DNA of 32,000 nt from NCBI RefSeq assembly GCF_000007985.2, contig NC_002939.5, positions 2,460,001 to 2,492,000 on the forward strand, in the 5' to 3' direction. Both the position numbers and the translations under genes were made by a program. The notes beneath the pieces are model-generated. The model worked only from the letters and a program-made list of their open reading frames with translations. It was not told the origin of the DNA and did not search any database. Each line of letters starts with the position of its first letter. Position 1 is the stretch's first letter. This document shows positions 26,041 to 32,000 of the stretch, piece by piece. Source of the stretch: Geobacter sulfurreducens PCA (GTDB lineage: Bacteria > Desulfobacterota > Desulfuromonadia > Geobacterales > Geobacteraceae).

Positions 26041-27304
26041 AGCGCAACGCCTCGGCCGGGGGGAGGCGTGATGCCTGCCAGGACGGGTAGAGGGTCGCCA
26101 CCAGTGAGATAATCACGGCCGTCACCGAGATGAGCAGTACGTCGGACGGCACGACCTGGGACGGAAAATGATCCAGGTAGTAAACGTCCTTGCTGAACAA
26201 CTCGAAACCGGTGACCCGCTGGATGACTCCGACGATGGGCTCCAGGTTCAGCGCCACAAGAAGTCCGCCGATAACGCCGATGGCCGTCCCGGAGATGCCG
26301 ATGATGAGCCCTTCGAGAACGAAAATCTTCATGATGCTCCGCCCTGTCGCCCCCATGGATTTGAGGATGGCGATATCCTTTGTCTTCTCCATGACCACCA
26401 TGAAGAGGGTCGAGGCGATGCCGAAAGCGGCCACCAGGACGATCAGGGTCAGAATGATGAACATTACCATCTTTTCGGTCTTCAAGGCAAAAAGAATGTT
26501 CTTGTTCATCTGCATCCAATCCCGGGCATAGTAAGGGAATCCGAGGTCACGGTTGATCTCCCGCACCATCTCTCCCGTGTGGTAGACATCGGCAACCCGG
26601 AGCTGGATACCGGTGACCGCTTTCCCCATCGAAAGAAACTCCTGGGCCTCGCCGAGCCCCACGTAGGCCAGGGTCGAATCATACTCGAACATGCCGGTGT
26701 TGAAGAGTCCGACCACCCGGAACTGCTTCATCTTGGGAACCATGCCGAGGGGGGTAATGTTGCCGAGGGGAGAGATGACGTTCAGGGTGTCGCCCACGTA
26801 CAGGTTGAGGGAACGCGCCAGCTCCTTGCCGATGATGATGCCGGGCCGGACCGGCTCGGCCGAGGCCAGAGGGGCCGGGACAGTAGTGAGATCGGTCAGT
26901 TTGCCGTCGACGAGGGAACGGGAGAGATTGGTGACCTGGGGATCAGTGGCGGGATCGACCCCCCTGAGCACCACACCGGAAACGTTGCCGCCCGAGGAAA
27001 GCATCACTTGGCTGTAGATGAATGGGGTGACGGCCTTAACCCCTTTGACGGCACTAAGCCGCTCCATCATGGCGTGATAGTCCTCGATGCCGCCGCTCGA
27101 TTTCAGCACCACGATGTGGGCGTTGGTGCCGAGGATCTTTTCCTTGAGATCTTCTTCGAAGCCGGTCATCACCGCCAGAACGACGATAAGCGCAAGGACC
27201 CCCAGGGCAACGCCCGCGGTGGAAATAAAGGTGATGATCGATATGAAGGTCGACTTCCGCTTGGCCTTCAGATAGCGGAGACCGATAAATAACTCGTAGG
27301 GCAT
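26033..27304 (-). CDS. Lipoprotein-releasing system permease, LolC/LolE family (single copy)
   Basis: 423 aa. [28 protein letters not shown] start typical of LolC/E. Large periplasmic domain between TM1 and TM2, C-terminal FtsX-type helices, and a terminal [11 protein letters not shown]. Confidence 0.9.
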
Positions 27305-27379
27305 GGGTGCATCCGGAACCGGAAATCGGGGACCGGGAGAAATCCGCCTGCCGTTCTCCGGCCCCTGGACCCGGTTTTC

Positions 27380-28855
27380 TTATTTTTCCTTGCGTAGTTG
27401 CGGAAAGAGAATGACGTCGCGAATCGAAGGTGAATCGGTCAGCAGCATCACGAGCCGGTCGATGCCGATCCCCTCCCCCGCCGTGGGGGGAAGGCCGAAC
27501 TCAAGCGCGCGGATGTAATCCTCGTCCATGTAGTGGGCCTCGTCGTCGCCCTTGGCCTTGGCCGCCACCTGGGCGAGGAAGCGCTCCTTCTGGTCCACCG
27601 GGTCGTTCAACTCGGAGAAGGCGTTGGCCATCTCGCGACCGGCAATGAACAGCTCGAACCGGTCCACGATCTCCGGATCCTTGTCGCTCTTGCGGGAAAG
27701 GGGTGACACTTCGGTGGGATAGGCGGTAATGAACGTCGGCTGGATCAGTTTTGTTTCCGCCACTTCCTCGAAAATCTCGGTAATGAGCTTGCCGTACCCC
27801 ACGTCGGCGGGCAGGTCGAGCCCCAGCCGCTGGGCGTAGGCATAGGCCAGATCCCGGTCCGCCAGGGACTTGGCGTCGATGTCGCCGTATTCCAGAATCG
27901 CCTCGACAACGGCGAGCCGCTTCCAGGGGCGCTGGAAGCTGATCGGCATCTCCTGGTAGGTGAAATCGAGGGTGCCCAGCACTTCCTGCGCAACATGACA
28001 GAGGAGTTCCTCCGTGAAATCCATCAGGTCTTCAAAGGTGGCGTAGGCCTGATAGAACTCCATCATGGTGAACTCGGGGTTGTGGCGCACTGAAATCCCC
28101 TCGTTGCGGAAGTTACGGTTGATCTCGAAGACCCGCTCGAAGCCGCCGACCACGAGCCGCTTCAGGTACAGCTCCGGTGCGATCCGAAGAAAAAGCTGCA
28201 TATCGAGGGCATTGTGGTGGGTCACGAAGGGGCGCGCCGTGGCACCGCCGGGGATCGGCTGCATCATGGGCGTTTCCACTTCGAGAAAATCCTTGCGCAC
28301 CATGAATTCGCGGATGAGATTGACGATGCGGGACCGCTTGACGAACACCTCGCGCACCTCGGGGTTCACGATGAGGTCCACGTAGCGCTGGCGATAGCGC
28401 GTCTCAACGTCCGTGAGCCCGTGGAACTTCTCGGGAAGCGGCTGGAGCGACTTGGTCAGGAGACGGATGAACGCGGCATTGAGAGTGAGCTCGCCGGTCT
28501 TGGTCCGGAACGGGGTGCCGCCGACACCGACGATGTCGCCGATATCGAAAGTCTCGAACGCCTCGAACGCCTCGTCGCCCACCGTATCCTTGCGTACGTA
28601 GACCTGCATCCGTCCCTTACGGTCCTGGATCTGGATAAACGCAGCCTTGCCGAAGGAGCGGCGCGCGATGATACGGCCCGCGACGGTAAAGCTGCGGGGA
28701 TCATCCTCAATGGTATCCACGGTGCCATAGGCCTCCCTGAAATCGGCAGACGTATGGAGAGGTTTGAAATCATTCGGGTAGGGATTGATCCCCGCTTCCC
28801 AGAGGGCGTCGACCTTGCGCCGCCTCTGGAGCAACAGCTCACTCAACTCTTCCAT
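27380..28855 (-). CDS. lysS: Lysine--tRNA ligase, class II
   Basis: Track start 28903 is TTG. ATG 28855..28853 gives MEELSELLLQRRRKVDALWEAGINPYPNDF, the usual LysS N-terminus (491 aa). It has an OB-fold anticodon-binding region and class II motifs (FLEVETPMMQPIPGGATARPF, FRNEGIS.RHNPEFTMMEFY, GLPPTAGEGIGIDRLVMLL). Confidence 0.93.
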   Translation of the reverse strand: MEELSELLLQRRRKVDALWEAGINPYPNDFKPLHTSADFREAYGTVDTIEDDPRSFTVAGRIIARRSFGKAAFIQIQDRKGRMQVYVRKDTVGDEAFEAFETFDIGDIVGVGGTPFRTKTGELTLNAAFIRLLTKSLQPLPEKFHGLTDVETRYRQRYVDLIVNPEVREVFVKRSRIVNLIREFMVRKDFLEVETPMMQPIPGGATARPFVTHHNALDMQLFLRIAPELYLKRLVVGGFERVFEINRNFRNEGISVRHNPEFTMMEFYQAYATFEDLMDFTEELLCHVAQEVLGTLDFTYQEMPISFQRPWKRLAVVEAILEYGDIDAKSLADRDLAYAYAQRLGLDLPADVGYGKLITEIFEEVAETKLIQPTFITAYPTEVSPLSRKSDKDPEIVDRFELFIAGREMANAFSELNDPVDQKERFLAQVAAKAKGDDEAHYMDEDYIRALEFGLPPTAGEGIGIDRLVMLLTDSPSIRDVILFPQLRKEK

Positions 28856-28909
28856 TGCTCGTACAGTCCCTTTCTGGTAGCCGCTTTCCGGCCCGTTTAA
28901 CAAACCGTC

Positions 28910-28938
28910 AACTTAGCCAAAGGAGCATGCCAAGTCAA
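28910..28938 (-). promoter_or_regulatory. Candidate sigma70-type promoter for lysS
   Basis: The minus strand reads TTGACT (28938..28933), a 17-nt spacer, then TAAGTT (28915..28910). It lies immediately downstream of the terminator and about 55 nt upstream of the lysS ATG. The -35 matches consensus 5 of 6 and the -10 only 3 of 6. Pattern match only. Confidence 0.35.
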
Positions 28939-28940
28939 GG

Positions 28941-28971
28941 AAAAACGGGGTGCGAACAGAGCGCACCCCGT
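28941..28971 (-). terminator. Rho-independent terminator after the RCC1-repeat lipoprotein gene
   Basis: A 10-bp perfect stem pairs 28945..28954 (ACGGGGTGCG) with 28962..28971 (CGCACCCCGT) around a 7-nt loop. On the minus strand the stem runs straight into TTTTT (28945..28941). It lies 38 nt after the stop at 29009. Confidence 0.8.
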
Positions 28972-29008
28972 CAATTTGGCCTGCATATTCAAACAGTTGA
29001 AGACAGGA

Positions 29009-30220
29009 TCAGGGAAGGGCCACCTGCACCGGCGCGGTCCGGTTACTGGTCGTGCCGTCGCCGAGTTGGCCATAGCCGTTATACCCCCAGGCCCACATGC
29101 CTCCTGACCCATTTTTCTTGACGATCGTGAAGAACGACCCGAGGAGCACCACCCGTTCCACGTCGGTAAAGGGGACGTTCGATGCATCGCGTACCTGGGC
29201 CGGGCTCAGTTGATCGCCGGTGGTTCCGACGGACAGAAGACCGAGGGTATTGAATCCCCAGGTGTAAACCGTGAAGTTGCTCGCCACGGCCACCGAATGG
29301 GACGGACCGGCAAACACGTCGATAAATCCGGTGACGCCGGCAGGAAGCGTCAACTGGACAGGGGTGCTCTGGTTGGTGGTGGTGCCGTTGCCGAGCTGAC
29401 CATAGGCATTGCTCCCCCAGGCCCAGATCGCGCCGGTAGAATCCAGGGCCAGGTTGTGGCTGCCGCCGGCGGAAATCTTGCGGATCGTAATGGAAGAGGG
29501 AAGCTGGACTTTTTGAGGCATGTGGTTGCTCAGGGTGGTTCCGTTGCCCAGTTGGCCGCTGGCGTTGTTGCCCCAGGCATAGGCCTCGGTGCTGGTATAG
29601 GCGATGCTGTGACTGCCGCCGGCAACGATGGCGGTCGGAGCAATGGGGAGTTTGGCCGTCTCAACCTGCCTGGGGGCGAAGCGGGTGGCGGAAGATATCG
29701 GGTTCAGGGCAAGTTGGCCCGCGCTGTTGCTGCCCCACGCCCAGACCGTGCCTCCGGCCAGAGCCATGGAATGGAGTCCGCCGGCCGCCACCTGCTGAAC
29801 GGCACCGCCGAAGCCGCCGATCTTCACCGGTGTGGAACTGGTCGGGACCGTTGCGGGATCGCGGCCGATCTGTCCGGCCGAATTACTCCCCCACGCCCTG
29901 ACCCCGCTCACGTTGTCGAACCGCGCGATGGCGAGGGTATGTGAGGCCCCGGTGGCAAATCCGCTGGAGTAGGTGGCAAAGCCGAGCCGGAGCCGCTTAG
30001 GTGTGGCAGCAGAGGTGGTTGTACCGTCACCGAGCTGGCCGGACTCGTTATTACCCCACACCGCAAGGGTCGTCATGTTCTGGAACACGGCACTGTGGGA
30101 ATAGGCCGGCGACGAGATGCTGGTGGAGTCCGAGTAGGGCAGGTCGCCGTCGGCGCAGGCGGAAAGGAGCGTACAGGATGCAAGCACGGCGGCCATGCGA
30201 AAGTTGATGATATTTTTCAT
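29009..30220 (-). CDS. RCC1-repeat (seven-bladed beta-propeller) lipoprotein
   Basis: 403 aa. Signal peptide with lipobox MKNIINFRMAAVLASCTLLSAC. Seven WG.N..GQLG-type motifs have their Trp at residues 55, 110, 162, 216, 268, 321 and 378 (VWGNNESGQLGDG, AWGSNSAGQIG, AWGSNSAGQLA, AWGNNASGQLGNG, AWGSNAYGQLGNG, TWGFNTLGLLS, AWGYNGYGQLGDG). These alternate with AGG.HS.A strands. GGGAGAAG Shine-Dalgarno before ATG 30220. Confidence 0.85.
   Translation of the reverse strand: MKNIINFRMAAVLASCTLLSACADGDLPYSDSTSISSPAYSHSAVFQNMTTLAVWGNNESGQLGDGTTTSAATPKRLRLGFATYSSGFATGASHTLAIARFDNVSGVRAWGSNSAGQIGRDPATVPTSSTPVKIGGFGGAVQQVAAGGLHSMALAGGTVWAWGSNSAGQLALNPISSATRFAPRQVETAKLPIAPTAIVAGGSHSIAYTSTEAYAWGNNASGQLGNGTTLSNHMPQKVQLPSSITIRKISAGGSHNLALDSTGAIWAWGSNAYGQLGNGTTTNQSTPVQLTLPAGVTGFIDVFAGPSHSVAVASNFTVYTWGFNTLGLLSVGTTGDQLSPAQVRDASNVPFTDVERVVLLGSFFTIVKKNGSGGMWAWGYNGYGQLGDGTTSNRTAPVQVALP
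29012..30088 (-). repeat. Seven tandem RCC1-type coding repeats of about 159 nt (about 53 codons)
   Basis: The spacing between successive WG motifs is 55, 52, 54, 52, 53 and 57 residues. The repeats are diverged at the DNA level and visible mainly in translation. Confidence 0.75.
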
Positions 30221-30291
30221 TGTCTTCTCCCTACTGGTGATTGGTCATGGGTACGCCACTGCTCTCCGGTTCTGGAGCCATCCGGACACCC

Positions 30292-31257
30292 TTATCTGCC
30301 GGCCACGATCTCGTACAAAACGCCGGGAGCCACTCCCTCGAACGTCACCGGGCCAAGATACTCGCCCTTGCGAAAGCAGACTCCCTCACCCGACACGAGT
30401 CTGGTGGCGGAGGAATTGCGAAAGGAAAAGGCCGTACCGCCCTGGAGCGAGGCAAGGGCCTCCGCCCGTTCGACGGGGAAAACGCGACGATCCACGACAG
30501 CGAAGTTCTCCGGCACGGGGAGCGGCGTGGCGCCGTTGGCCGCGTCCGCCATGGGCAGAGGGACGACGCTCCCTTTCCCGGCACCCCGTGGAAGAATGGC
30601 CCGAAGCGTGACCTCCACCGAATCCGTGCCGTTGAATCTGAAGTCGTAAAAAGGGGTCCAGCCGTTTCCCTTCACCAGGTAACTGTAGCGGACACTGCCC
30701 TTTCCGGCGAGTCGGAGCCGGGCCACGCTGCCGCCAGGGGACTCCGAAGCCTTGAGTGCCTTCAGCCGGTCATCCACCGACCTGATCCCCTCCTCGGCCT
30801 GCCGACGGGCCCGATAGACCTCCTCCAACTGCGTCAGGGCGTACTCGGTCCCCTTCCTGACCGACGTGAGGGGTTCGGGGTTGCCCTTGGTCTTTCGCGG
30901 CGTCTTGCTGCTTTGCGATTTTGCCGCCGCCTTGAATATCTCTTCCCGCGCTTCGATGGCTCTGAGCCGATCCTCAAGGCCCTTGCGCCGTTCGGCCAGG
31001 CGGGCGATCTCACTGCCGAATCCGGCAGCGGGCCGGAGGGGCTCCACTTCCACGCGGACCACGCTGGCACGGCCGGCAGGACTCACCCGGAGGGACCCGG
31101 GGATGTAGGTCGAAGGGAGCGGGACTTCCACCGTGCCCCTGGCGGCGCTTGCTTCGCCCGAAATCCGGGCCCCGTCCAGATAGTAGGTGACAGTGCTGCC
31201 GGCCATGGCCGGCACGGCAGCCAGCAGAAAACCGATTACATAAAGCGTGAGTCGCAT
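30292..31257 (-). CDS. Exported protein of unknown function, short DUF4140/DUF4139-like architecture
   Basis: The track ORF starts at 31293. ATG 31257..31255 is preceded by AAGGAGG 5 nt upstream and gives MRLTLYVIGFLLAAVPAMA-GS, with a signal peptidase I site (321 aa). The N-terminal beta region VTYYLDGARISG...VEVPLPSTYIPGSLRV resembles DUF4140. A central coiled coil follows (IARLAERRKGLEDRLRAIEAREEIF...LTQLEEVYRARRQAEEGIRSVDDRLKALK). Then comes YSYLVKGNGWTPFYDFRF, resembling the W.P.YD.R motif of DUF4139. The family call is from memory of those patterns. Confidence 0.45.
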   Translation of the reverse strand: MRLTLYVIGFLLAAVPAMAGSTVTYYLDGARISGEASAARGTVEVPLPSTYIPGSLRVSPAGRASVVRVEVEPLRPAAGFGSEIARLAERRKGLEDRLRAIEAREEIFKAAAKSQSSKTPRKTKGNPEPLTSVRKGTEYALTQLEEVYRARRQAEEGIRSVDDRLKALKASESPGGSVARLRLAGKGSVRYSYLVKGNGWTPFYDFRFNGTDSVEVTLRAILPRGAGKGSVVPLPMADAANGATPLPVPENFAVVDRRVFPVERAEALASLQGGTAFSFRNSSATRLVSGEGVCFRKGEYLGPVTFEGVAPGVLYEIVAGR

Positions 31258-31282
31258 CCGCCCTCCTTGGCGTAGCACGCAA

Positions 31283-31753
31283 TCACGTGGCAACGTCGAG
31301 CAGTTCCACCTCGAAAATCAGAGTTGCATTCGGCGGGATCACCCCGCCGGCTCCGGCGGCACCGTACCCGAGTTGGGGGGGTACGATGAGACGGCGCTTG
31401 CCGCCGACCTTCATGGACATGACCCCCTCGTCCCATCCCGGGATCACCTCGCCCGCGCCGATGGTGAAGACGAACGGCTCTCCCCGGTCCACGGAGCTGT
31501 CGAACTTCGTGCCGTTCTCAAGCCAGCCCGTGTAGTGAACCTTCACCGGTTTACCGGCCACGGGGGCCGCACCGGACCCGGCGGCAAGGTCCACGTAGGA
31601 AAGCCCCGAAGCAGTCGTGACGGCATCCGAGGCGCCGGCGGCGCTTGCAGGCTTCGCCTCGCCGGCCGGCTTGGTTTCCCTGTCCGAACAGGCCGCCACG
31701 ACGATCCCGACCAGGAGCAGCAGCAGTACGAGAATTTTCTCGACGTTTCTCAC
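31283..31753 (-). CDS. FKBP-type peptidyl-prolyl cis-trans isomerase, lipoprotein
   Basis: C-terminal FKBP domain VHYTGWLENGTKFDSSVDRGEPFVFTIGAGEVIPGWDEGVMSMKVGGKRRLIVPPQLGYG...IPPNATLIFEVELLDV. N-terminal signal with lipobox LLLLVGIVVAAC. Track start 31756 is TTG, only 2 nt from the GGAGG. The adjacent GTG 31753..31751 has 5-nt spacing and is preferred. Confidence 0.9.
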   Translation of the reverse strand: MRNVEKILVLLLLLVGIVVAACSDRETKPAGEAKPASAAGASDAVTTASGLSYVDLAAGSGAAPVAGKPVKVHYTGWLENGTKFDSSVDRGEPFVFTIGAGEVIPGWDEGVMSMKVGGKRRLIVPPQLGYGAAGAGGVIPPNATLIFEVELLDVAT

Positions 31754-31771
31754 CAATTCCTCCGAAATAGC

Positions 31772-32000
31772 TTACAGATTGAACGGCTCATGGATTCCGC
31801 CGAGCCTCAGGATGAACTCCCATTGGGCCGGGGTCACCGGTTGTACCGAAAGGCGGCTCCGCTGCAAGAGGACCATATCCGCCACCTCCGGGTGCATCTT
31901 CAACTCGGCGAGCGTCACCGGCCGCGCGAGTGGCTTCACATACCTGACATCGACCATATACCAGATGGGGTTATTCCGGCCGGCCCGGGGATCGAAGTGT
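31772..32000 (-). CDS. EVE (PUA-like, DUF55) domain protein, N-terminus outside the window
   Basis: The frame stays open upstream of the track ATG (31957) to the window edge: ...HFDPRAGRNNPIWYMVDVRYVKPLARPVTLAELKMHPEVADMVLLQRSRLSVQPVTPAQWEFILRLGG. This matches the C-terminal half of EVE-domain proteins. Stop TAA at 31774..31772. Confidence 0.7.
   Translation of the reverse strand, partial: HFDPRAGRNNPIWYMVDVRYVKPLARPVTLAELKMHPEVADMVLLQRSRLSVQPVTPAQWEFILRLGGIHEPFNL

Noticed and set aside
27305-27379. A short inverted repeat, GGAGAA-N12-TTCTCC, between lysS and the Lol permease gene, as a possible terminator.
   Set aside because: The stem is only 6 bp with a 12-nt loop and no adjacent U-tract on the coding strand.
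28915-28932. A sigma54-like element, TGGCATGCTCCTTTGGC, upstream of lysS.
   Set aside because: The GG and GC dinucleotides are not at the required spacing: TTTGGC stands in place of TTGC one position off. A housekeeping tRNA ligase is an unlikely sigma54 target. The overlapping TTGACT-17-TAAGTT sigma70 reading is more plausible.
1-32000. CRISPR arrays, rRNA or tRNA genes, toxin-antitoxin pairs, restriction or other defence modules.
   Set aside because: I saw no spaced direct repeats, no cloverleaf-like or rRNA-like segments, and no small two-gene cassettes. Every intergenic gap is under about 110 nt and is accounted for by ribosome-binding sites, hairpins or the single terminator-promoter pair.

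Overview
All 31 coding regions I can support lie on the minus strand, many joined by 1-8 nt start/stop overlaps. The window is a Gram-negative envelope-biogenesis supercluster. High GC, codon usage and gene order suggest a Geobacter-like Desulfuromonadota genome, but that is inference only.

Gene order along the direction of transcription (high to low coordinates):
- EVE-domain protein (partial), FKBP lipoprotein, a DUF4140/4139-like exported protein, and a seven-bladed RCC1-repeat lipoprotein, closed by a clean intrinsic terminator.
- lysS, one lolC/E-type permease and lolD.
- bamA-skp-lpxD-fabZ-lpxA.
- A Gfo/Idh/MocA oxidoreductase and a DegT aminotransferase (gnnA/gnnB-like).
- lpxB-msbA-waaA-lpxK, a 58-aa Trm112/YcaR-like gene missing from the ORF track, and waaF.
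- An LPS-core glycosyltransferase block: a fucosyltransferase-superfamily-like orphan, a GT2 WaaE/KdtX-like enzyme, a GT4, a second GT9 and another GT-B.
- A distinctly lower-GC cassette at about 1-6000: GT4, an atypical GT-B, a SAM methyltransferase, an RmlD-like 4-reductase, a CapE/FnlA-type dehydratase and a WecB-type 2-epimerase. The epimerase runs off the window and is also missing from the ORF track.

I found no rRNA, tRNA, CRISPR array, transposase, integrase or recognisable defence or toxin system. Every long plus-strand ORF looks like a high-GC antisense shadow. Several track ORFs begin at TTG or GTG or carry spurious N-terminal extensions; I re-set those starts by reading the sequence.

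I do not see a clearly novel multi-gene system. The best leads are:
1. The lpxA-coupled gnnA/gnnB pair, which predicts a GlcN3N-containing lipid A.
2. An unassigned 310-aa protein carrying both hallmark motifs of the fucosyltransferase superfamily.
3. The low-GC 2-acetamido-2,6-dideoxy-L-hexose cassette.
4. The exported FKBP / DUF4140-like / RCC1-propeller trio.
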